Below are positions 10,020 to 18,123 of a stretch of DNA of 64,000 nt, piece by piece. The stretch's first letter is position 1, and each line of letters starts with the position of its first letter. Under the pieces are notes generated by a model that saw nothing but the letters and a program-made list of their open reading frames with translations, did not search any database and was not told the DNA's origin. The stretch lies in assembly GCA_035548125.1 (NCBI GenBank), contig DASZTV010000024.1:3231-67230 (forward strand), given 5' to 3'. A program made the translations under genes and the position numbers. This stretch comes from Mycobacteriales bacterium (GTDB taxonomy: Bacteria > Actinomycetota > Actinomycetes > JAFAQI01).

Positions 10020-10171
10020 TCGCCGGCCTCTCCGCGGCCGACGCTGCGAGGTGCACGACCCGGATCGAGATCCGCCTCGAGGGGCAGCTCCGCAAGGTCG
10101 GCAGCGTCCAGCAGAGCCATCACCGGCTCGAAGGCCGAAGCGATCAGCCCGGTCAGGTCGTCGGTTGTCAT
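10016..10171 (-). CDS. 51-aa small protein translationally coupled to the amidase (candidate AtzG/GatC-like, DUF4089-like partner)
   Basis: Below the 60-aa track cutoff. Hand translation, checked codon by codon: MTTDDLTGLIASAFEPVMALLDAADLAELPLEADLDPGRAPRSVGRGEAGE*. The stop TGA overlaps the amidase ATG (ATGA). It starts 12 nt after the PBP stop. Most codons end in G/C. Confidence 0.6.
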   Translation of the reverse strand: MTTDDLTGLIASAFEPVMALLDAADLAELPLEADLDPGRAPRSVGRGEAGE

Positions 10172-10183
10172 GCGCAGAGTTCC

Positions 10184-12364
10184 CTAGAGCAGGCCGCGCT
10201 TCGTGGGTGAGGTGGTCGGGGTCACCTCAGGAGTCGGCTTCCCGGCCGGAGGGCTGGGAGTCGACGACGGGCTCGCGATCGCGCTCCCCGTGGCTGTCGG
10301 CTTAGCGGTCGCGCTGTACGTCGGAACCGGCGCGATCGTCGGCGCTCCCACTGCGGCGGGCGGGCCCTGCAATGTTCGGTAGTTGCTGAAGATCCGCGAG
10401 AAGATCTGGGCCGGAAGTGTCCCGCCGTAGACCGGAGCGCCGTAGGAGCTGCGGAGCTGGCGGGCGACGACCTTGCCTCCTACGCGGTGATACGGCTTGT
10501 CGTATCCCATCCACACGCTGATGCAGAGCGCGCGCGTACAGCCGGTGAACCATGCGTTGGTGAAGTCGTCCGTCGTGCCGGTCTTGCCGTAGACCGGGAA
10601 CGGCTGGCGCGCCGCCCGGCCGGTGCCGTAGGACACCACCTGTTCCATGGCCGACGTCACCTCGTCGGCGATGGTCCGCGGCAGCACTCGCTTGCCGGCT
10701 GGCTTCGCCGTCGCCCGGAACAGCTCGCCCTGAGCCGGCGTCCTCACCGACAGCACGGTCCGCACCGGGTGGTGGACGCCGCCGTCGACGAACGTCCCGT
10801 AGGCGGACGCTTCGGACAGCGGCGTGGTCGGTATGCCGAGGGCGTACGACGGGCACAGCACGCCCTTGCGCTGCCCGCAGGTGCGGCCGGAGTCCATGTG
10901 TCCGACCTCGAGGCCGGCGTGCTTGGCGAACCGGACGATCTTGTTCAGCCCCACCTCGACGCCGAGCGGCGCGAAGACGGTGTTGATCGACTGCACCAGA
11001 GCGCTTTGCAGGCTGTAGGTCCCGGCTCCGCCCTCGGCGTTGCACGGCCGGTACCCGACCGCGACCTGGATGCACTCCGGCGCGTAGTGCGTCTCGCTCA
11101 ACGTGTGTCCGTGTTGCAGCGCCACCGCGAGCGTGAACGGCTTGATGGTTGATCCCGACGAGCGCGTGATGCTGCCGGGCGGCGGGTCTGCGACGTCCTC
11201 GCCGTTCTCGACGTATCCGCCGACCTTGCGCTCGGTGAGCGCGCGCAAGTCGCCGTTGCGCGGGTCTACCGCGACGATGGCGGCGTCGAGGCCCTTCGAC
11301 TTCGGCAACACCTCGTGCAACGCGTCGACCGCGGCCTGCTGCAGGTCGAGGTTCAGCGTCGTCTTCACCTTCATACCGCCCGACTCGAACAACGTGGCGT
11401 CGCCGTAGTGCTGGAGCGACTGGCCGACGAGGTCACGGAACTCGGGGGCGATCGTCTGGGCATCCGGCTGTTCAGCGGCAACGATGGGAGGCAGTGAGTC
11501 GTGGTACGCGTCACCTGCCTGCTGAGAGCTGATGTCTCCCGCGATGAGCATCTGGTTGAGGACGTAGAGCTCCCGCGCCCGCGCCTGCTTCGGGTCCGCG
11601 ATCGGGTTCCACACCGACGGCGCCGGGGCTATGCCCGCGAGGGTGGCCGCGCGCGCCAAACCGAGCGACGGGTCTTCGACGCCGGTCTTCGGGTTGAGGT
11701 TGATCTGGTCGATCGGTACGCCGAAATAGAACCTGCTCGCGGCGTCCACGCCGGCCACGCCGTTCCCCAGATACAGCGTGTTGAGGTAGCGCGTGAGGAT
11801 GTCCGCCTTCGACAGATGCCGTTCGAGCCGAATCGCGAGGGAGGCCTCCCGCAGCTTGCGCAGCGCGGTCTGCTCGTCACCCGTGTAGACGTTCTTCACG
11901 TACTGCTGGGTGATCGTCGAGCCGCCCTGGAACGTGCCGCCCGTGACGTCGCGCCACGCCGCTCGGAGAATCGCGATCGGGTCGACGCCGGCGTTGGAGT
12001 AGAAGCTCTTGTCCTCGGCCGCGACGATCGCCTGTCGCATCACAGTCGGGATCTTGGACGCCGGCACCGGATGTTCGATCTGCGGAGAGTGGATGGTGGC
12101 GAACACCTGGCCGTTGGAGTCGAGCAGGATCACCGACTTGGGCGGTACGGGCTGGAAGTTGTAGTCCAGCGGCGCAGCGACCAGGCCGGCCGCAAAACAG
12201 ACCACGCCGACGACCACGGCGAGGACCAACCAGCCGAAGACCTGCCTGCGGCGGCGGCGAGCGTGGGCGACCCGACGGCGTCGTGCGGCGATGGCAGCCG
12301 CGGCGCTTCGCCGGATCAGCGGCCGCGGACCGGCCGGCTGGCGCGTGGGAAGGGCGCCTGGCAT
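10184..12364 (-). CDS. class A penicillin-binding protein (transglycosylase/transpeptidase)
   Basis: Glycosyltransferase motifs (AIVAAEDKSFYSNAGVD, GGSTITQQYVKN), transpeptidase SxxK (SGSTIKPF) and KTGTT. N-terminal TM helix and Pro/Thr/Ser-rich tail. Start placed at ATG 12364, which is preceded by GGGAGGTGG. The track ORF starts at 12418. Confidence 0.9.
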   Translation of the reverse strand: MPGALPTRQPAGPRPLIRRSAAAAIAARRRRVAHARRRRRQVFGWLVLAVVVGVVCFAAGLVAAPLDYNFQPVPPKSVILLDSNGQVFATIHSPQIEHPVPASKIPTVMRQAIVAAEDKSFYSNAGVDPIAILRAAWRDVTGGTFQGGSTITQQYVKNVYTGDEQTALRKLREASLAIRLERHLSKADILTRYLNTLYLGNGVAGVDAASRFYFGVPIDQINLNPKTGVEDPSLGLARAATLAGIAPAPSVWNPIADPKQARARELYVLNQMLIAGDISSQQAGDAYHDSLPPIVAAEQPDAQTIAPEFRDLVGQSLQHYGDATLFESGGMKVKTTLNLDLQQAAVDALHEVLPKSKGLDAAIVAVDPRNGDLRALTERKVGGYVENGEDVADPPPGSITRSSGSTIKPFTLAVALQHGHTLSETHYAPECIQVAVGYRPCNAEGGAGTYSLQSALVQSINTVFAPLGVEVGLNKIVRFAKHAGLEVGHMDSGRTCGQRKGVLCPSYALGIPTTPLSEASAYGTFVDGGVHHPVRTVLSVRTPAQGELFRATAKPAGKRVLPRTIADEVTSAMEQVVSYGTGRAARQPFPVYGKTGTTDDFTNAWFTGCTRALCISVWMGYDKPYHRVGGKVVARQLRSSYGAPVYGGTLPAQIFSRIFSNYRTLQGPPAAVGAPTIAPVPTYSATAKPTATGSAIASPSSTPSPPAGKPTPEVTPTTSPTKRGLL

Positions 12365-12443
12365 CCGTCCACCTCCCACCCGCCACCCGTCGCGGTGCCG
12401 GCTTGCCGGCGCTGACATTTGGACCCTATGCGCAACGCGGCCT

Positions 12444-12477
12444 GTGACTAGCCGCGCGTCACGTTGGTGACTAGTCA
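12444..12477. promoter_or_regulatory. cluster of TGAC/GTCA half-sites (candidate operator) between the PBP gene and the bldN-like gene
   Basis: GTGACtagccgcgcGTCACgttgGTGACTAGTCA contains inverted repeats GTGAC-N9-GTCAC and GTCAC-N4-GTGAC, the 10-bp palindrome TGACTAGTCA, and two CTAG tetramers. Confidence 0.25.
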
Positions 12478-12740
12478 GAAATAGCCCGGATTCGCCATGG
12501 TCCGGCCCGCTTCGTCCGGTGTGTCATGACAGGCGTCGATCGGACTCCCGGTCGCCGTAGCACCCAGGGGATGCCATGCAGTCGTGCACGGTGGGAGGCC
12601 ACCGGACCGTCGGATACGACGGCCTGTCGGCGCTCCGGCTCGCCGTCGCGATCCAGCGCGACCCCCTCGGCGGGATGCCCGCCGAGCGAGCGGCGTACCG
12701 ATCCATCCCACGCCCGCGCACCTCTCCCGCCGTCGGCGTG

Positions 12741-13412
12741 ATGCACCGCAGCACGGACGCCGCGCTCCCGAGAACCGCCGAAGCGCCTCGTCCGCGCACC
12801 CCCGTGGCGGCTCCCAAGATCCCGAGCCCGTCCCCTCCCGCCGAGCCGACCAGCGAGCAGGCTCGCATCATGGCGGCGGTCCGCGCCGCGCAGGCCGGCG
12901 ACGGCGAAGCCTTCGGTGAGCTCTATGACGCCTACGCCGACCTGGTTCACCGCTACATCGCGTATCGGGTGGGCAACTACGCGCTCGCCGAGGACCTCAC
13001 CAGCGAGACCTTCCTGCGGGCCTTGCGCCGGATCTCGACGTTCACGTGGCAGGGTCGCGACTTCGGCGCGTGGCTCGTGACGATCGCGCGGAACCTGGTC
13101 GCCGACCACTACAAGTCCAGCCGCTACAAGCTCGAGCAGCCGACCCCGGACATGATCAGCGCCGGCGCCGACAGCGAGGAGGACGGCCCCGAGACGGCGG
13201 TCCTCGCCGGCATCACGAACGCGACGCTGCTCGCCGCGGTCCGCCAGCTGGGTCAGGAGCAACAGGACTGCATCGTGCTGCGCTTCCTGCAAGGCCTCTC
13301 GGTCGCGGAAACCGCCGCGATCCTCGGCAAGAACGAAGGCGCGGTCAAAGCGCTTCAGTACCGCGCGGTCAAAGCCCTCGGACGCCTACTCCCATCGGAT
13401 CTGGTCGCATGA
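12741..13412 (+). CDS. bldN: ECF RNA polymerase sigma factor with N-terminal extension, BldN-like
   Basis: Region 2 and region 4 motifs: GEAFGELYDAYADLVHRYIAYRV, LTSETFLRALRRISTFTWQGRDFGAWLVTIARNLVADHYK, LRFLQGLSVAETAAILGKNEGAVKALQYRAVKAL. These match my recollection of Streptomyces sigma-BldN. It holds the same position relative to rex-hemA. The start is uncertain: candidates are 12576, 12738/12741 and 12870. Confidence 0.8.
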   Translation: MHRSTDAALPRTAEAPRPRTPVAAPKIPSPSPPAEPTSEQARIMAAVRAAQAGDGEAFGELYDAYADLVHRYIAYRVGNYALAEDLTSETFLRALRRISTFTWQGRDFGAWLVTIARNLVADHYKSSRYKLEQPTPDMISAGADSEEDGPETAVLAGITNATLLAAVRQLGQEQQDCIVLRFLQGLSVAETAAILGKNEGAVKALQYRAVKALGRLLPSDLVA

Positions 13413-14476
13413 GCACCTCCCTGAACAACGCGGCTGAGCGGTTCGCCCAGCTGATCGATCTGACCAACCCGCCGCTGCTGCTCGACGGCGGCGACCCCCG
13501 GATGCGCCCGGCACTGGCGCTCACCGCCGCGCTGCGCTCGGCCGCACGTGAGACAGGTCCTGCCCCGCTGTCACCGCAGGCGCGGCAGCTGATGCGCGAG
13601 CGCCTCGTGGCGGCAGCCGCTGACCGCAGCGCCGCCGCGCCGATGCCCACCATCGCTGCGCGCGTCGCCTCCGCCACCGACCGCGGGCAGCAGCGCGCGG
13701 CGGCCGCCGGCCGGCGCATCGGTCGCCGGACGTCGGCAATCGTCGGCTCGGTGATGATCCTCACCTCGATCAGCGGAGTCGGCGTCGCCGCGGCCCGCTC
13801 GGTGCCTGGCTCGCCGTTCTACGACCTGAAACGCGGAGCCGAAGCGGTCCAGCTGTGGTTCTCCTCCGGCGAGGCTGCGAAGGGCCAGCGTCATCTGGAG
13901 TTCGCGCGCACCCGGCTCGCAGAGGCCAAGCAGCTGTCGCCGGACTCGCCGTACCTCGCGGCCACGCTCCGTGCGATGAACGAAGAGACCCGTCAGGCGA
14001 ACACCGATCTCGTGAAGGCGTACCGGACGACGGGCTCGGTCAAGCCCCTCGCTGACCTGGTCCGGTTCGCTCGGTCCCAGTACGAAGACCTCGCGAAGCT
14101 CGGCGCTGCGCTCCCCAAGGAGCTCCGTGACCAGGCGACCTACTCGGCGCAGCTGCTTGCCGGCGTCGGGGTCGAGGTCAAGTCGCTGACCACCGGTCTG
14201 TGCGCAAAGTGCGGAGGCACCCACACCCCTGCGGTCAGCCCCAAGGGCGGGAAGCCGATCGTCGCGCCCACCCCCACGGCAGCCGGTACCAAGCCGGGCC
14301 ACCGTACGGCTCCCTCGACGCAGCCGTCCCGGTCACCCAAGAGCCTGCTCCCGGGCAACCTGATCCCGACGCTGCCGCCGCTCACCCATCCGAAGGGCCA
14401 GCAGGACAACAACCCGCTGCCCAAGCTCTCGCCGTTGCCGTTGCTGTCCTCCCTCGCGCAGCTGCTCGGCGGCTGA
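13409..14476 (+). CDS. rsbN: anti-sigma factor-like membrane protein (DUF5667, RsbN-like)
   Basis: ATGA overlap with the sigma gene stop. One TM helix (AIVGSVMILTSISGVGVAAA) followed by the PGSPFYDLKRGAEAVQL DUF5667 motif. Pro-rich C-terminal tail. Confidence 0.8.
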   Translation: MSTSLNNAAERFAQLIDLTNPPLLLDGGDPRMRPALALTAALRSAARETGPAPLSPQARQLMRERLVAAAADRSAAAPMPTIAARVASATDRGQQRAAAAGRRIGRRTSAIVGSVMILTSISGVGVAAARSVPGSPFYDLKRGAEAVQLWFSSGEAAKGQRHLEFARTRLAEAKQLSPDSPYLAATLRAMNEETRQANTDLVKAYRTTGSVKPLADLVRFARSQYEDLAKLGAALPKELRDQATYSAQLLAGVGVEVKSLTTGLCAKCGGTHTPAVSPKGGKPIVAPTPTAAGTKPGHRTAPSTQPSRSPKSLLPGNLIPTLPPLTHPKGQQDNNPLPKLSPLPLLSSLAQLLGG

Positions 14477-14758
14477 GGCCGCCAGCCCCCTCAGCGATCC
14501 CCCGACGATCACCTCGGCGCTTCAGCCGGGGTGATCTTATTTTCGGTGGGCGCCAACGATTTCTCCGCAATTGCCGGATTCGCGTGGATCCGCGTCGAGG
14601 TACGGCGAAAGGGGTGCCTCGGGCGCGTCACCGCCCCTCTCCTCGCTCGTTGAAGCGAAGGACGGCGACGGCCGTCTGCCCCAGCGCATGGATCGGAACT
14701 CGTTTCTCGCTGCGGCAGCACATGTTCCGGTAACCGCCGGACTTATGGAGGTAATGGC

Positions 14759-16201
14759 ATGCCCAGCATTCGAAAGCGCCGCAGCGTCGCGCTCGGCGCG
14801 TTCGCTCTCGCCAGCACCACGACGTTGGCGGCTGTGGCCGCGGCCTCGCCGGCGGCAGCGGCAAGCACGTCGCACACCGCGCCGGCGTACTACGCCGGCC
14901 AGGCGCAGGGGAACGCCCTCGGTCTGAACATCGACCTGCCGGTGAAGCTCCCGCTGCTCCCGAACCCGCTCTCGCTCAACCTGATCCATCTTGAGGGCAA
15001 GACCGTCCACGACCCGCTGCACCTGGCGGGCAACACCACGGCGATCTCGAACGCCACCGCCAGCCTTATCACCGGCAGCCTGGCCGACACGCTTCAGAAC
15101 ACGCTGCACGTCAACCTCAACCGCACGGCGCACGTCGCGCTCGGTGGGCTGACCCATCAGGAGACCTCGCTGCTCGACATCCCGGCGAAGCCGCTCGCGG
15201 ACCTGTCGATCGGCGACCTGGTCGCGAACCTCGTCAAGTCGACGAACGCGACCAACTCCGGCGCTCACAGCATCAAGGCCAACATCGCGTCGGGTAACGA
15301 CCTGCTCGGTGCGCAGACGGTGCAGCAGATCCAGAACCTGATCGACTCGACGCACCTGACCGACACCCTGCAGGGCACGGTCAACCAGGTGCTGTCGACG
15401 CTGCAGAACGTCACCAAGACCACCCCGATCGTCGGTGACGCGGTCACGACCGTCACGAACACGGTGAACGCCGTGCTCGCCAAGGTCACCAAGCTGGTCG
15501 ACAACCTCGGCACCACGCCGCTGGTCAGCATCTCCATCCACAACACCGACCAGCAGGTCACGCCGTTCGCCAGTGGGGTGAAGTCCACGAGCACCATGGG
15601 CCTCGTCGACGTCGACGTGCTCGGCGGGCTGCTCTCGATCGACGGCTTCCACAACTCGGCGACGGCGTTCGCCAACGGCAAGCCGGGTGGCGCGCACGCC
15701 GAGGTTTCGGGTGCTCAGCCGCTGATCAAGGTCAACGCCGCTGACGCGCTCTGCGCCCAGGTCGGCGCCGATGGCGTCAGCCTGTGCAACGTCGATGGTC
15801 TGGGTCTCCCGGCCTCGATCACCTCGCAGGTCAACGGCCTGCTGAAGACCCTCTCGAACGAGATCAACCAGATCACCTCGAAGATCCTCAGCGGCGTTCC
15901 CCTGATCAGCGAGACCAAGGGCAGCACCCACGTGTCGGAGGACGGCAAGAGCGCTACCGCGACCGCGCCGGCTTACAACATCTCGGTCGGCCACCTGCTG
16001 ACTGTGACCCTCGGCAACGGTGTGTCGGCCTCCGCGGCGGCGCTGCAGAACAAGCCCGCCGAGGTGACCGTGCTCAACAACCCGGAGAACACCCCGCACA
16101 GCCTCCCCTACACGGGTTCGAACTACCCGCTGATGGGCCTGCTGGCAATGGCGCTGCTCGGCATCGCCTTGGTGGTTCGCCGCCGTCTGATGGCTCACTG
16201 A
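14759..16201 (+). CDS. secreted LPXTG cell-wall-anchored surface protein, family not recognised
   Basis: 480-aa ORF with GGAGG 6 nt upstream of the ATG. Sec signal peptide (MPSIRKRRSVALGAFALASTTTLAAVAAASPAAAA). Asn/Thr/Leu/Val-rich body. C-terminal sorting signal LPYTG plus hydrophobic helix plus RRRLMAH. Confidence 0.88.
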   Translation: MPSIRKRRSVALGAFALASTTTLAAVAAASPAAAASTSHTAPAYYAGQAQGNALGLNIDLPVKLPLLPNPLSLNLIHLEGKTVHDPLHLAGNTTAISNATASLITGSLADTLQNTLHVNLNRTAHVALGGLTHQETSLLDIPAKPLADLSIGDLVANLVKSTNATNSGAHSIKANIASGNDLLGAQTVQQIQNLIDSTHLTDTLQGTVNQVLSTLQNVTKTTPIVGDAVTTVTNTVNAVLAKVTKLVDNLGTTPLVSISIHNTDQQVTPFASGVKSTSTMGLVDVDVLGGLLSIDGFHNSATAFANGKPGGAHAEVSGAQPLIKVNAADALCAQVGADGVSLCNVDGLGLPASITSQVNGLLKTLSNEINQITSKILSGVPLISETKGSTHVSEDGKSATATAPAYNISVGHLLTVTLGNGVSASAAALQNKPAEVTVLNNPENTPHSLPYTGSNYPLMGLLAMALLGIALVVRRRLMAH

Positions 16202-16212
16202 GCCTGAGCTGA

Positions 16213-16248
16213 GAAGGCCCCGGTGTCCTCGGACGCCGGGGCTTTCTC
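16213..16248 (+). terminator. intrinsic terminator after the LPXTG gene
   Basis: GAAGGCCCCGG-tgtcctcggacg-CCGGGGCTTTC: an 11-bp stem with one G-U pair, followed by a TTTCTC tract, 12 nt after the stop. Confidence 0.7.
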
Positions 16249-16288
16249 AGGTTCAGGTCCGGATCATCACGGCCACTAGGCTTGCGGG

Positions 16289-17155
16289 ATGGCAACGCGC
16301 ACGCGTTCCCGGGACAGTGCCGTCAAGGCGGGACTGGCGTCGGCAGCGGCCGCCGAGGTCGAAGCCTCGTTGGCGGTGCCGCTCGACCCGAAGGTCGCCG
16401 GCTTCTTCGACGTCGACAACACGATGATGCAAGGCGCCTCGATCTACCACTTCGCTCGCGGCCTGGCGGCGCGTGACTTCTTCACCTGGCGAGACCTTGC
16501 GACCTTCGCGTGGAAGCAGGTCGCGTTCCGGCTCAAGGGCGTCGAGGACCCGGCACACATGGAGGAGGCGAAGGAAGCCGCGCTCGGCTTCGTCGCCGGT
16601 CACAGCGTGGCCGAGGTCGTGGCGCTCGGCGAGGAGATCTACGACGAGCTGATGGCCGACAAGATCTGGTCCGGCACTCGCGCGCTCGCGCAGCTGCACC
16701 TCGACGCGGGCCAGCGGGTCTGGCTGGTCACCGCGGCGCCGGCCGAGCTCGCCTCGCTGCTCGCACGACGCCTCGGCCTCACCGGCGCGCTCGGCACCGT
16801 GTCGGAGGTCAAGGACGGCGTCTACACCGGCCGGCTGGTCGGCGAGCCGTTGCACGGCCCGGCGAAGGCGGAGGCGATCACCGCCCTCGCCGAGAAGGAG
16901 GGCCTCGACCTCTCCCTGTGCTCGGCGTACTCCGACTCCGCCAACGACCTGCCGATGCTCTCCGCGGTCGGGCACCCGGTGGCGGTCAACCCGGATGCGG
17001 CGCTGAAGCGCATCGCGAAAGAGAACGAGTGGGAGATCCGCGACTTTCGCACCGGTCGGAAGGCAGCCAAGATCGGCGTCCCGGCAGCCGCCAGTGCCGG
17101 AGCCGTCGCGGGCGGCATCGCCGTCGGTCTCTCGCTGCGCCGCAAGCGCTCCTAG
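16289..17155 (+). CDS. HAD-IB family hydrolase (SerB-like phosphatase)
   Basis: [11 protein letters not shown] (DxDxT motif I), TAAPAELA, and [10 protein letters not shown] (motif IV). C-terminal hydrophobic tail. Confidence 0.85.
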   Translation: MATRTRSRDSAVKAGLASAAAAEVEASLAVPLDPKVAGFFDVDNTMMQGASIYHFARGLAARDFFTWRDLATFAWKQVAFRLKGVEDPAHMEEAKEAALGFVAGHSVAEVVALGEEIYDELMADKIWSGTRALAQLHLDAGQRVWLVTAAPAELASLLARRLGLTGALGTVSEVKDGVYTGRLVGEPLHGPAKAEAITALAEKEGLDLSLCSAYSDSANDLPMLSAVGHPVAVNPDAALKRIAKENEWEIRDFRTGRKAAKIGVPAAASAGAVAGGIAVGLSLRRKRS

Positions 17156-18123
17156 AAGAAGACGCTGCGACGAGCCAGCAGCAACTTGTACAGCGTCTGC
17201 TGGATCGTCTCGCGGACCTGGTCGGTGAGGTTGAACACCAGCATCGGGTCGTCGGCGCCCTCGGGGCCGATCTTGTCGGTGGCAATCGGCTCACCGAACT
17301 CGATGATCCACTTCGACGGCAGCGGGATCAGCCCGAGCGGACCGAGCAGCGGGAAGAACGGGGTGATCGGAAGGTAGGGCAGACCGAGCGCCCTAGCGAC
17401 CGCCGGGATGTTCCCGACCAGCGGATAGATCTCCTCGGCGCCGACGATCGAGCAGGGAATGATCGGTACGCCGGAGCGCAGCGCAGCGGACACGAACCCG
17501 CCTCGCCCGAACCTTTGCAGCTTGTAACGCTCGCGGTAGGGCTTGCCGATTCCCTTGAAGCCTTCGGGCCAGACCCCTACCAGCTCGCCGGCCTTCATCA
17601 ACCGTTCCGCATCCTCGTTGCATGCGAGCGTCGCGCCGGTCTTGCGCGCCATCGGCGCGACGACCGGCATCGTGAAGACGAGGTCGGCCGCGAGCATCCG
17701 CAGGTGGCGTTTGGCGGGATGGTGATCGTGCAGGGCGACGGTCGTCATCGCCGAGTCGACCGGGATCGTTCCGGAGTGGTTCGCGACGATAAGCGCGCCA
17801 CCGGTCGACGGGACGTTGTCCATCCCGCGCGCCTCGATCCGGAAGTACCGCTCGTACACCGGGCGCAGCGCCGGCAGCACCAGGTTGTCGGTGAGGTCCG
17901 CGTCGAATCCGAAGTCGTCGACATCGAAGTCCCCGGTGATCCGGCGCCGTACGAAGGCCAGCGCGCCGGCCAGCTTGCGCTCGAGGTCAGACGGCTCGGC
18001 GGCGGGCAGCGACTCGACCGGACGCGGCTCGTCCCGCTCGCCGGACGAGCGCGAACGGCGGCGCCGTGGACCCTCGGACCCGCCGTCGAGCGGGATGACC
18101 CTGGCCTCAGGCACGAGCGACAC
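17152..18123 (-). CDS. 1-acyl-sn-glycerol-3-phosphate acyltransferase family protein (Rv0502-like)
   Basis: NHSGTIPVD (HX4D-type) and FPEG-like (VWPEGFKG) acyltransferase motifs. Convergent 4-nt overlap with the HAD gene. Confidence 0.85.
   Translation of the reverse strand: MSLVPEARVIPLDGGSEGPRRRRSRSSGERDEPRPVESLPAAEPSDLERKLAGALAFVRRRITGDFDVDDFGFDADLTDNLVLPALRPVYERYFRIEARGMDNVPSTGGALIVANHSGTIPVDSAMTTVALHDHHPAKRHLRMLAADLVFTMPVVAPMARKTGATLACNEDAERLMKAGELVGVWPEGFKGIGKPYRERYKLQRFGRGGFVSAALRSGVPIIPCSIVGAEEIYPLVGNIPAVARALGLPYLPITPFFPLLGPLGLIPLPSKWIIEFGEPIATDKIGPEGADDPMLVFNLTDQVRETIQQTLYKLLLARRSVFF

Noticed and set aside
12458-12471. GTCACgttgGTGAC as a BldD box
   Set aside because: The half-sites fit TNAC/GTNA, but the spacer is 4 nt rather than the 5 nt of the consensus as I recall it. 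I kept it only as an unassigned operator candidate.
14695-14734. ECF-type -35-like elements GGAAC (14695) and GGTAAC (14729) upstream of the LPXTG gene
   Set aside because: No convincing CGT-type -10 element lies 16-17 nt downstream of either. The second would place the TSS on the start codon despite a good SD sequence. I do not remember the BldN promoter consensus reliably enough to call a promoter.
14537-16198. 553-aa minus-strand ORF opposite the LPXTG gene
   Set aside because: The plus-strand product has a signal peptide, an LPYTG sorting signal, a GGAGG ribosome-binding site and a terminator. The minus-strand product is Arg/Val/Asp/Gly-rich low complexity with no start context.
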